Source: Pseudomonadota bacterium
GTDB taxonomy: Bacteria; Bdellovibrionota_C; UBA2361; OMII01
Reading direction: 5' to 3'
Length of the DNA: 64,000 nt
Assembly (NCBI GenBank): GCA_046300175.1
Contig: JBKCMS010000094.1
Location: forward strand, 366 to 64,365
Under the pieces are notes generated by a model. The model ran no database searches, was not told the origin of the DNA, and saw nothing but the letters and a program-made list of their open reading frames with translations. Every line of letters begins with the position of its first letter. Within the stretch, counting starts at the first letter, position 1. The translations under genes and the position numbers were made by a program. Shown one piece after another: positions 35,489 to 43,748 of this stretch.

Positions 35489-36766
35489 TTAGGCCATCAG
35501 AAGGGCCGGCAGCTCAAGAGCTTCCTTAAAGTACTTGAGGAAGGTGCTGGCCATGACTCCGTCTATAATCCGGTGATCAACGGACACGGTAACCTTCATG
35601 ATAGAACCTACAACGATCTGACCACGGTATACCACAGGCTCCTCTTTGATAGCGCTAACAGCCAAGATACCTCCCTGCCCAGGGTTGATAATGGCTGTGA
35701 AATTTTCGACATCAAACATGCCCATGTTGGATATGCTAAACGTTCCACCAGATAGGTCACTCGAGCTGGGGCGGCCAGCACGAGCTCGTTCTATTGCCGC
35801 ACGAGCCTCAAACACAACGTCCTTGAGCGACATTCGGTCTACATCCTTTAGGACCGGTATAATCAAGCCGTCCTCAATTGCGGTGATGATTCCGATATTG
35901 ATGGATGCCGGTTGATAGAGCTGTCCGTCCCGCATTGCCGCGTTTACTCGCGGTTCCTTAGAGAGGCCATAGGCCGCAGCTTTAATTACTAAGTGGTTCA
36001 TCGAGATGCCCTTGTACTCAGGGCGCTCTTTGAGTACCTCACGTAGCCGCATAACCTCCCCCATGTTAATGGAGTTGGAGACGTAGAAGTGCGGCGCTGT
36101 GGTGACGCTCTCTTGCATCCGTCGAGCGATCGTCTCGCGCATTTTGGATAGCGGTGTGAAGGTTCCCGCAGCCGTTGTAGCCGGCATAACTGGTAGCGCT
36201 TGCGCGGGTTGAATTGCTGTTGCTGTGTTGCCTGTGACTGGAGTCGTTGGGGTGCCTGCTGCGGCTTCCACATCCCTGCGCACGATGCGCCCGTTGGGGC
36301 CGGAGCCCTGAACACCTGATAGGTTAACCTGGAGGTGTTCTGCAACCTTCTTTGCCAAAGGGCTGGCTTTGACACGATCATGAGACGCCACAACTGTGAG
36401 AGGAGTTGATTGGGCGTTCATAGAGGATGACACTGCAGGGGAAGTCTGTGTAGCAGAGACAGGTGTCGGCTGTGCATGGTAGGGGGCCGAGGTGGTCGCG
36501 GCTGGAGATGTGGTTCCTACTACTTCACCAGGCTGTCCGATGACTGCGATCGCTTCGCCAACTTTGGCCACCGAGCCGGCTGGAACCATGATCTTCAATA
36601 GAGATCCGTTGAAGAACGACTCGATCTCCAGGTTGGCTTTATCGGTTTCTACCTCAGCGAGTATGTCTCCGCGTTTAACAACGTCGCCCTCTTTGAGCCT
36701 CCAGGTTAGTATCTTCCCTGAGCTCATGGTGTCACTAAGTTGAGGCATTTTAACATCGGTGGCCAT
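35489..36766 (-). CDS. 2-oxoacid dehydrogenase E2 component (dihydrolipoamide acyltransferase)
   Basis: Lipoyl domain (...EVETDKANLEIES...), an Ala/Pro/Thr linker, a subunit-binding domain (...ASPLAKKVAEHLQVNLSGVQGSGPNGRI...), and a catalytic domain (...SVDHRIIDG...). Confidence 0.9.
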   Translation of the reverse strand: MATDVKMPQLSDTMSSGKILTWRLKEGDVVKRGDILAEVETDKANLEIESFFNGSLLKIMVPAGSVAKVGEAIAVIGQPGEVVGTTSPAATTSAPYHAQPTPVSATQTSPAVSSSMNAQSTPLTVVASHDRVKASPLAKKVAEHLQVNLSGVQGSGPNGRIVRRDVEAAAGTPTTPVTGNTATAIQPAQALPVMPATTAAGTFTPLSKMRETIARRMQESVTTAPHFYVSNSINMGEVMRLREVLKERPEYKGISMNHLVIKAAAYGLSKEPRVNAAMRDGQLYQPASINIGIITAIEDGLIIPVLKDVDRMSLKDVVFEARAAIERARAGRPSSSDLSGGTFSISNMGMFDVENFTAIINPGQGGILAVSAIKEEPVVYRGQIVVGSIMKVTVSVDHRIIDGVMASTFLKYFKEALELPALLMA

Positions 36767-36991
36767 GGGGTACCTTTAAAAGATATAGATAGTCTCCGGG
36801 AGTATAGTAAATAGAGAGTCATTTGCCAAATGACCATAAAAAGTCCCGATTTATTGGCTCCGGGGGGTGCTGCTGTGCCCCATAACTGTCGTAAGAAAAA
36901 TAGTAGCTACTCACCGGTTTAAAAGGTTGTGGTTCATGCTTCATTTTTAATTATCACCATTTCGTTGATCATTCTTTCTGGTGAGTAGTTA

Positions 36992-37135
36992 GTTTTGCCA
37001 CCCCGCTTTGCTCTGCAAAGCTGCCCCTGAATAGGGCTAGTGTTTCCACCCCGCTTTGCTCTGCAAAGCTGCCCCTTAATAGGGCTAGTGTTTCCACCCC
37101 GCTTTGCTCTGCAAAGCTGCCCCTTAATAGGGGCT
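36992..37135. repeat. Tandem repeat, 3 copies x 48 bp, each containing the palindrome GCTTTGC-TCT-GCAAAGC
   Basis: The three copies are 36992-37039, 37040-37087 and 37088-37135. Copies 2 and 3 are identical except for the last few bases. Copy 1 differs at a handful of positions. The array lies in the divergent spacer between the E2 gene (start 36766, minus strand) and the 902-aa ORF (start 37221, plus strand). Confidence 0.95.
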
Positions 37136-37220
37136 GGTGCTACAGTCGCTGCATTTGCTTAGTAGTTACGAAAAATAAATATGTTCATGGGTTGAAACTA
37201 GCGGTCGAATCGCGGTAAAC

Positions 37221-39929
37221 ATGGCGCCGCAATTTCAGATTAGCAAAAGCTGTGGTCCTGTAATGAACGTAGTTGAGAAGGACGCCCTAGGGATAGATAG
37301 AGAAGAGGATGCATCCCCAGACACGGGAGCGCTGCGCAAGTCGGCAACACGATCGGTAGGGGGAACCCCGTCGGCAAGCAAGCTCAATCGTCTTCCTGCG
37401 GTTAGGGATCGGGGGCTTATACCCAAAATAGACATTAGGCGTTACCTGAGCGAAGGGTCCAAAGCCTTGCAGACTTTTGTCGCGCCGCTTGAAGAGCAGG
37501 TGAGGCGTTGCGGCAAGTACAGAAGCCACAAGCATCGCAGCTCTGCCCGAGCGCAGGCTAAGGTAGCAGAGCTAGTTCTCGAGGTTATTCGTCAGCTAGC
37601 CCACAAAGAGACTGGAGTCTTCAATCTCGAAGCTCCAGTGTCGCAGCTCCTAAATTCTCTTTTTGCCGGATCTGTTGAAGTCGGGATAGTTACCGGCTTG
37701 GCTCGCAGAGCTAACAAAGCGTTGGTGCTCAGGGATATGCGGCAGCGAGAGGCCTTAACTGATGGTGCCCGGGCGCAATCAGCGCGTGGACTGGCCTACG
37801 ATGTGGCCCGCGAGCTTGACGAATTGCTTATGCTGCTCAAGTGGTATGTTCGCCGCAAGATGAGCCTTTGCGCGCTTGAGCTTGAAGCTAACGGTGAGTT
37901 CGCACTGCTCGATTCTGGGCTATCAGCAACCAGCGACGATCACGATCTGCTGTTCTCGCTTGATGTTATGCACGACCATCAGGTCTTTGGGGTCAAAGGG
38001 TGTCTGTTAACCTGTGGCCTGAAGTTGCTGGGGCGCGATGGTGAAGCGTTGTGGCTGCGGGTGGCGATTCATGCTGGAGGAGCTCCGGTGATGGTCCGGC
38101 CCGAGTGGTCAAGCTGGACCGACCCCGGGGGCGCGGAGGCGGTTGAGCTGCTTCCAGAGCACGCACCGTTCTGCTCGCTTGTACCGATCAGACCAAACTC
38201 GCAAAGGCTGGTGATTGATGAGGTGCGGGCATTTGTTCCATACGCAGCCCTTCAATTGCCCGCAGGGCGTTCGGAAGTAGAGGTGGTGGTTACGGTGATT
38301 GATGGAGCCGGGCAAGAGGTAGTAAGTGCTACCCGGCTTGAAAGTATCTGTGTTCCCCATCGCCAACTCAGTCTAGCTCCTGTACCTGCTCCGCACTCAC
38401 TGGGAATGTGGCCACACGATGTTGTGTCTGGTGACAAGATCTCTGAACTAACGGTCACCTCAGGTTTCAAACCGGTAGCGGGTTGGGAGCGTCACTCGAT
38501 ATCGGTTGCTTTTGACCTATCGCTATTTATGCACGCAGGTGAAAGCGTAATGCTCGAGTGCCGATTTGTGAATTCAAGGGGTGAAGTAGTTGAATTGGCC
38601 TCTCTCGGCATGCCCTTTATCGCCAGCGAGCTGAATGTCGCAGTCGAGTCGCTATCATCATACCGCTATCGCCGGGTGTTGCACCCCAGAGGGGCTTGGA
38701 CCCTATATCAGGGGTTGTGCATCGATATCCCTGTCGAATTTCTTTTGCTGGCTCCCGGGTCTCATGAGATCACATGTGAGCTGGTGGTTGTTTCCGCAGA
38801 CGAACGGGTGCTGTGCGGGGATATGAGCCGAGTGCAAGTGCAGGTGCCTGACAGAGAGCCAAAGACAGAGGTCTCCAGCGCTAATCATGAATCCGAGCAG
38901 CGTAATGGAGCAGTATCAAGGAAGATTGCGCATGCGGGACTTCAAATTGATTCTTTGGATGTAGAACCTGTGTGGCAGAGCGGGACAGATGACTGCATCA
39001 GAGTGGAGGCTCGCTTTTCTCCTCGCAGTCATGCTCAGCAGTTGGCGGACCTCGCCGCCGGACGGGTGGGGGAGCTTTTTGCACCTTATCGTGTGGAGAT
39101 TTCTTTGGAGCGTGAAGACGGCCACGTATTGCTTCAGGCATACTCTGATTCCCTGGGGATGAGCTTCAAGCCGGTAACGAGGGCCGTTTGCGTTGACCCG
39201 TATACAGGACACCCAGACCACACGGTGGTTGCTAATTTCAGACGCGAGGAGGTGTTGGGTTGGTCGTTGGGCTCAGATAACAGCCGAGCTGCCGCTAAAT
39301 CGAGGATATTTGCCCGGGTGATCGCGTTTTCATTAGCGGGAGAGGTGCTGATATCCGAGAGTAAGGAGCTGTTTGTAAAGCCGCTAAGCGATGGAACTAG
39401 GCAGGTTGTGCAGATCACAGAGCCAGCTCCTCGTATTGTGGATGTGTCTGCTTTTGCCAATGCCCAAGGAGAGCGATTAACAGCGCGTGTATTGGTCAAC
39501 ATGCCAGTTAGTGAAGGGGGCGAAGAGAGCGCTATGGTTCGATTCGTGCTCTGCTTACCGGGCGGACGGCGGGATGTGATCGCGACCAAAGAGATTCGCC
39601 CGCTCAATACCGGGGTATGGACGCGCCAGGTACCAGGCCTCTGTCAGTACGGAGTTGATTGTGAGTATTCACTCCGTGGAATCACAACAACTACTGGTTG
39701 TTCTATAGAGGCCACGGTGGTGACGCAAGCTGGAGAGGCTCTTCATTCTCTAGAGCAGCCGATTAGGAGCGCCGGAGTGCTCTCAGAGCTCGATGAAAAT
39801 GCGGCTGATTTTGATTCGGATTTAGTCCCCACGGAAGCCTTGCTCGATAAGCAGATGGCGAATGCAGCAGAAGCTGTCTCTGTGGTTCCTTCCAAAGGGC
39901 TATTGGGGCGACTGTTTAGTAGAGCATAA
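37221..39929 (+). CDS. Large orphan protein with a helical basic N-terminal region and about 6-7 repeated beta-rich modules
   Basis: 902-aa ORF with no motif I recognise. Strand-like segments recur roughly every 90-100 aa: EVEVVVTVIDGAGQEVVSATR, VMLECRFVNSRGEVVELAS, EITCELVVVSADERVLCGD, YRVEISLEREDGHVLLQAY, IFARVIAFSLAGEVLISES, MVRFVLCLPGGRRDVIATK, SIEATVVTQAGEALHSL. The start codon is uncertain because no clear RBS is visible. Confidence 0.6.
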   Translation: MAPQFQISKSCGPVMNVVEKDALGIDREEDASPDTGALRKSATRSVGGTPSASKLNRLPAVRDRGLIPKIDIRRYLSEGSKALQTFVAPLEEQVRRCGKYRSHKHRSSARAQAKVAELVLEVIRQLAHKETGVFNLEAPVSQLLNSLFAGSVEVGIVTGLARRANKALVLRDMRQREALTDGARAQSARGLAYDVARELDELLMLLKWYVRRKMSLCALELEANGEFALLDSGLSATSDDHDLLFSLDVMHDHQVFGVKGCLLTCGLKLLGRDGEALWLRVAIHAGGAPVMVRPEWSSWTDPGGAEAVELLPEHAPFCSLVPIRPNSQRLVIDEVRAFVPYAALQLPAGRSEVEVVVTVIDGAGQEVVSATRLESICVPHRQLSLAPVPAPHSLGMWPHDVVSGDKISELTVTSGFKPVAGWERHSISVAFDLSLFMHAGESVMLECRFVNSRGEVVELASLGMPFIASELNVAVESLSSYRYRRVLHPRGAWTLYQGLCIDIPVEFLLLAPGSHEITCELVVVSADERVLCGDMSRVQVQVPDREPKTEVSSANHESEQRNGAVSRKIAHAGLQIDSLDVEPVWQSGTDDCIRVEARFSPRSHAQQLADLAAGRVGELFAPYRVEISLEREDGHVLLQAYSDSLGMSFKPVTRAVCVDPYTGHPDHTVVANFRREEVLGWSLGSDNSRAAAKSRIFARVIAFSLAGEVLISESKELFVKPLSDGTRQVVQITEPAPRIVDVSAFANAQGERLTARVLVNMPVSEGGEESAMVRFVLCLPGGRRDVIATKEIRPLNTGVWTRQVPGLCQYGVDCEYSLRGITTTTGCSIEATVVTQAGEALHSLEQPIRSAGVLSELDENAADFDSDLVPTEALLDKQMANAAEAVSVVPSKGLLGRLFSRA

Positions 39930-39930
39930 A

Positions 39931-39974
39931 CCCAGCCTCATTAATTTTTGAAAAAATGAGTGAGAATAGCTGGG
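39931..39974 (+). repeat. Compound hairpin containing the ATTTTTGAAAAA motif (site 2 of 4), directly after the stop of the 902-aa ORF
   Basis: CCCAGC-CTCATTAATTTTTGAAAAAATGAG-tgagaata-GCTGGG: outer 6-bp arms enclose a CTCAT...ATGAG palindrome centred on the 12-mer at 39944-39955. It may act as a terminator, but there is no T tract. Confidence 0.5.
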
Positions 39975-40028
39975 CAAGCGCAGGGTTCGGAAAAAAGGAA
40001 GCTATTAAGCAAACTCCGGGACGGTGGC

Positions 40029-40229
40029 GCTAGCCCGCATATTTCATGATGCCTGCTACTACGATCGCCGATAACGGCGCTTTTTCGGCTCAAAAATCGA
40101 TTTTCGGACCGGAATGTATCACGATACGATCCCGCCCCAAAAATCGATTTTTGAATTCGCCCCACGGGCCCGAAAAATCACCATTCTCGGCGCTCTCGCG
40201 ACGCAGTTTCATGAAATATGCGGCCTAGC
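40029..40229 (+). mobile_element. MITE-like element, family B, copy B1 (201 bp)
   Basis: The termini GCCCGCATATTTCATGA and TCATGAAATATGCGGCC form an inverted repeat with 1 mismatch in 17. Both ends are flanked by TA. The interior holds the palindrome CAAAAATCGATTTTTG and an internal duplication of the AAAATCGATTTT region. The reverse complement aligns end to end with 52183-52335. Confidence 0.8.
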
Positions 40230-40234
40230 CCCTA

Positions 40235-40379
40235 ATGCGGGCTACGACTCCGTCAGACTTCGCGAAAAAATCCTTAGGTGTATCTCGCTGGATACACATC
40301 CGGTTTTTTGCTCTTTTCCCTCGTCTCGCCTTGCATCTCGGCAACCTCGCCACGAACCTACTTCTGAGACCAGTTTTAG
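40235..40379 (+). mobile_element. MITE-like element, family A, copy A3 (5'-truncated, abutting B1)
   Basis: Aligns with the right-hand roughly 145 bp of A1 and A2. This includes the hairpin GTGTATC-tcgctg-GATACAC (40278-40297), the T tract at 40304-40309, and the right terminus CTTCTGAGACCAGTTTTAG. The left terminal repeat is missing. Confidence 0.75.
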
Positions 40380-40398
40380 AAAAGAGCGCTGCCCGTAG

Positions 40399-41127
40399 CT
40401 AGCGGAGCTGATCGTCGCAGCGGGGACAAGACCCGTATTCGACAAATGCGACAGGGGTAGGTGACCTACATCGCCGACACCAACCGATAAAAGCAGAGCG
40501 TTCAGGTTTCATCGCTGCCAACAGCATAATACCGACCAGTAGGTAGATCACATTCAGTGCTGGAGTAGTTGCTCTGCCGACGGATAGAGCGCCGCAGAGG
40601 CTAATGATACGAGCGGCGATAATCGGTATTGAGAAGAGAACAATCAGTTGACGTTCCCACAAGGCAACGTGCAGCCGAGGAGAGTCCAAAAGAGCTTTTG
40701 ACTGGGCACGGGTCTCGCGTAGCACGTGTTGAACAGACGAGACGATGCCAAGCAGCAGGATTGCAGCGACGATAACTGCGGCGATGGTATTAATACTCGG
40801 AAGTAGCAACAATTTGACTACTACTATGCCTGCCAGGCTTACCCCAAGTATTACTTTAAAACCCCTGTTGCCACTCGTTCGGCTATCACTTTGCCACTTG
40901 CGTAATGAGGCAGCGCGTTTTGCGACTACTTGTTGATTAAGAAAAGGTAGGGTTACAAGGGTGCAAACAGTCGCGATGATTTGAGCCTGAAGTGCCGAAA
41001 GAGCGCTGCCAAGGAAGATGGCAGCAGCGCCATCCAGCGCCACGGATAGAAACATCCAGCGCCACATCGCAGAGAGGCGGGTGTGTGGCCCTGTGCGGGT
41101 TAGTCTACCTGATGTATTGCCCTTCAA
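40399..41127 (-). CDS. Membrane protein with a C-terminal CxxC...CxxC zinc-ribbon
   Basis: About 6 hydrophobic segments, then ...WCRRCRSPTPVAFVEYGSCPRCDDQL. No family recognised. The start may instead be at the MWRWMF... codon (41067). Confidence 0.5.
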   Translation of the reverse strand: MKGNTSGRLTRTGPHTRLSAMWRWMFLSVALDGAAAIFLGSALSALQAQIIATVCTLVTLPFLNQQVVAKRAASLRKWQSDSRTSGNRGFKVILGVSLAGIVVVKLLLLPSINTIAAVIVAAILLLGIVSSVQHVLRETRAQSKALLDSPRLHVALWERQLIVLFSIPIIAARIISLCGALSVGRATTPALNVIYLLVGIMLLAAMKPERSAFIGWCRRCRSPTPVAFVEYGSCPRCDDQLR

Positions 41128-41154
41128 TTTAGTATCTCTTCGTAGTAGCGTAGA

Positions 41155-42465
41155 GTGGTGAACCGTGCATTACGCCCACCTTCAACAGATCCAAAACCTT
41201 CCAGGTCTGATCCTGCCTATCTAAGCGTTACCGAGGTGACGCGCCTGGTTAACGATATACTGGAGCTGCAGTTTCCGCAGCTGCTTTTTCGTGGCGAGAT
41301 ATCACAACTTACTGTGGCTCAGAGTGGGCATATTTACTTTACGATAAAAGACGACGGCGCGCAGCTTGCTTGTGCGATGTGGGCCGGAGTTGCTCGGACG
41401 CTATCGTTTAAGCCTAAAGTCGGGATGTCGGTTCGGTGTCACGGTCGGCCGAACGTTTACGCTCAATCAGGGAGATTCCAGGTGGTAGTCCACCGACTCT
41501 TTGAAGATGGTGAAGGCGAATTGCGCCGAAGATTTCTAGAGTTGCAGAAGCGTCTTGAGGATGAGGGATTCTTTGCGCCAGAGCGAAAGCGGCAGTTGCC
41601 GTTCCTGCCAAGAGCGGTGGGGATAGTAACCTCCAGCACAGGGGCGGTCATTCACGATATGATGGTTAAAATTCGTGAGCGCTTTCCAGCTATGGTGGTT
41701 TATCTGGCCGATACACGGGTGCAGGGTGATGGGGCAGCTACCGAGATCGCAGATGCGATCCGTAGGCTCGACAGGTCAGGTTTAGTTGATGTTTTAATTG
41801 TGGCGCGTGGAGGCGGTTCGCTTGAAGACCTGTGGGCATTTAATGAGGAAGAGGTAGTTAAGGCTGTATTCTCGTGCTCGCGTCCGGTTATCTCAGGTGT
41901 AGGTCACGAAGTGGATGTGACGCTGTGTGATTTGGCGGCTGACGTACGGGCTCCGACCCCCACGGCGGCAGCCGAGATGGTTGTTCCACACGTTGCTGAT
42001 CTGCTCGCTAGGATTAATGAGCTGTCCAGAAGATTGGCCGATACGGATCGCTGGTACCAGCCACGAGTACAGAGGCTTGATGATCTGTCGCTTCGACTAA
42101 CCTCGCGCTTGTCAGCAGTTGCAATCGAGGCCGGATTGCGGGTGCGAGCTGCCGAGTCAGCCTTGGGACGAATTAAACCTGACCGTGTGATGGAGGTGCT
42201 GAGACTAAAGTTGCGAAATTTCGAGGGCCGCTTATTGGATGCAGCTGGGCGAGCGTGCCGCGATCGGGCCAGTCGTATTGAGGGGCTGAGCGCTCGATTG
42301 CAAGCGCTTAGCCCTCTTGCGGTTCTTGAAAGAGGTTTTAGTGTCCTGTATTCAGGAGGCGCTCACGTTCGTTCTGTGCACGATGTGAAAGTTGGAGAGC
42401 CACTTGAGGTGCGTGTGGTTGATGGTGTCATTGCCGGTGTAGTTAATAAAGTGAGAGGGGAGTAG
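41155..42465 (+). CDS. xseA: Exodeoxyribonuclease VII large subunit
   Basis: N-terminal OB-fold (...LSVTEVTRLVNDILE...FRGEISQL...SGHIYFTIKD...), ...IVTSSTGAVIHD..., ...ARGGGSLEDLWAFN..., ...GVGHEVD... Confidence 0.9.
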   Translation: MVNRALRPPSTDPKPSRSDPAYLSVTEVTRLVNDILELQFPQLLFRGEISQLTVAQSGHIYFTIKDDGAQLACAMWAGVARTLSFKPKVGMSVRCHGRPNVYAQSGRFQVVVHRLFEDGEGELRRRFLELQKRLEDEGFFAPERKRQLPFLPRAVGIVTSSTGAVIHDMMVKIRERFPAMVVYLADTRVQGDGAATEIADAIRRLDRSGLVDVLIVARGGGSLEDLWAFNEEEVVKAVFSCSRPVISGVGHEVDVTLCDLAADVRAPTPTAAAEMVVPHVADLLARINELSRRLADTDRWYQPRVQRLDDLSLRLTSRLSAVAIEAGLRVRAAESALGRIKPDRVMEVLRLKLRNFEGRLLDAAGRACRDRASRIEGLSARLQALSPLAVLERGFSVLYSGGAHVRSVHDVKVGEPLEVRVVDGVIAGVVNKVRGE

Positions 42466-42470
42466 GGTAT

Positions 42471-42749
42471 ATGGGTAAGGCGAAAGGTGATCAAGGCCCG
42501 GGCAAGAGTGTTTCACTTGATGATATTATGAAAGGAGATGTGACGCCTGACGGCATCGCGCAGCTCACCTTCGAGGAGGCACTGATGCTACTGGAGGGGG
42601 TAGTTGCCGCTGTAGAGTCCGGTAGTCTTCCGCTCGATCAGGCAATCGGTTCCTACGAGCGCGGTACATTGCTCGTGCAACATCTTAGGGGTTTGTTATC
42701 CGGAGCCGAAGAGAAGTTGCGGTTACTGAGCGAGGTCAAGGCGGGATAG
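42471..42749 (+). CDS. xseB: Exodeoxyribonuclease VII small subunit
   Basis: ...LTFEEALMLLEGVVAAVESGSLPLDQAIGSYERGTLLVQHL... is typical XseB, and the gene sits immediately downstream of xseA. Confidence 0.88.
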   Translation: MGKAKGDQGPGKSVSLDDIMKGDVTPDGIAQLTFEEALMLLEGVVAAVESGSLPLDQAIGSYERGTLLVQHLRGLLSGAEEKLRLLSEVKAG

Positions 42750-42803
42750 AAAACGGTGATTGCGGACACAGCTATAGAAATAGGTTTACAAAAAGGTGCA
42801 GAA

Positions 42804-43439
42804 ATGAACCACGGTCATGTTTCAGTGATTACCCACCCCTTGGTGCAGAACAAGTTAACCCTGATGCGTATGGAAGAAACTTCAACGGCTGAGTTTCGTC
42901 GCTTATTGCGTGAAGTCAGTATGTTGTTGGCGTATGAGGTAACTCGCGATTTGCCGTTAAAGCTCATCAGCATTAAGACCCCAGTAGACACGATGCAGGC
43001 CCCGGTCTTAGCGGGGAAGGACTTAACGCTTGTTTCCATTTTGCGGGCCGGGAATGGTATCTTAGAGGGGATGCTTGAGCTGATACCGTCAGCACGAGTG
43101 GGACACATAGGGCTTTATCGTGACCCGGAGACGTTACAACCGGTTGAGTACTACTTTAAGATGCCCTCGGATATCAGTGAACGAGATGTGCTTGTAGTGG
43201 ACCCTATGCTGGCTACGGGTGGCTCTGCGGCAGCAGCGGTGACTCGCCTCAAGAAACTCGCACCCCGTTCGATACGATTCGTCTGTCTGATAGCCTCGCC
43301 AGAGGGTGTTAATACCTTTCGCTCGGAGCATCCGGATGTGCCGATCTTCACGGCCGCAGTTGATGATAAGCTAAATGAGCACGGATATATCGTCCCAGGT
43401 CTAGGCGATGCCGGAGATAGGATATACGGGACCAAGTAG
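42804..43439 (+). CDS. upp: Uracil phosphoribosyltransferase
   Basis: ...[12 protein letters not shown]..., ...ILRAGNG..., PRPP motif ...[14 protein letters not shown]..., C-terminal ...[17 protein letters not shown]. Start chosen at the MNHGHV... codon (42804). Confidence 0.92.
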   Translation: MNHGHVSVITHPLVQNKLTLMRMEETSTAEFRRLLREVSMLLAYEVTRDLPLKLISIKTPVDTMQAPVLAGKDLTLVSILRAGNGILEGMLELIPSARVGHIGLYRDPETLQPVEYYFKMPSDISERDVLVVDPMLATGGSAAAAVTRLKKLAPRSIRFVCLIASPEGVNTFRSEHPDVPIFTAAVDDKLNEHGYIVPGLGDAGDRIYGTK

Positions 43440-43748
43440 CAAAGGTTCGACTCCGGCTTGATAGCGCTGGAGGATATTGAACCTAAAAAGAGCAGTTGCG
43501 GGTTTCAGAATGGCGCATCTGGCTAAAATCACTACGGCTTTTGAATTTTCGGTGCTCACCCTGACGGTGCCAGGGTTCCGCGCCGAAAATATCAAAATCC
43601 TTTGTGCTTTTAACCAGCTGCTCCATTCTGCCCCACCTTAACTGCTCTTTTCAGGATAATCCTAGCACACCGGACCCTAGACTGGGGGTCTAATACAGCA
43701 GACACCCCAACACTCCAGTTAATTATGATGCACTAGCTTACTCAAAGG

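Noticed and set aside
36992-37135. A possible CRISPR array, because of the regularly spaced palindromic repeats.
   Set aside because: The units are directly adjacent 48-mers with no unique spacers. There are only three copies and no cas genes. It is a plain tandem repeat.
39941-40445. Four track ORFs (39941-40165 minus, 40046-40228 plus, 40114-40398 plus, 40242-40445 minus). Similar small ORFs occur at 2148-2336 and 4786-5010.
   Set aside because: They lie entirely within the MITE-like repeats, overlap one another on both strands, and have low-complexity translations and no RBS. They are artefacts of stop-poor repeat sequence.
43444-43454. A tRNA-like T-loop string, GGTTCGACTCC, just after the upp stop. 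It could be a tRNA gene or an att-site remnant.
   Set aside because: The flanking bases cannot form a T stem (AAAGG versus CCGGC) or an acceptor stem, and the upstream sequence is the upp coding region. No cloverleaf can be drawn.
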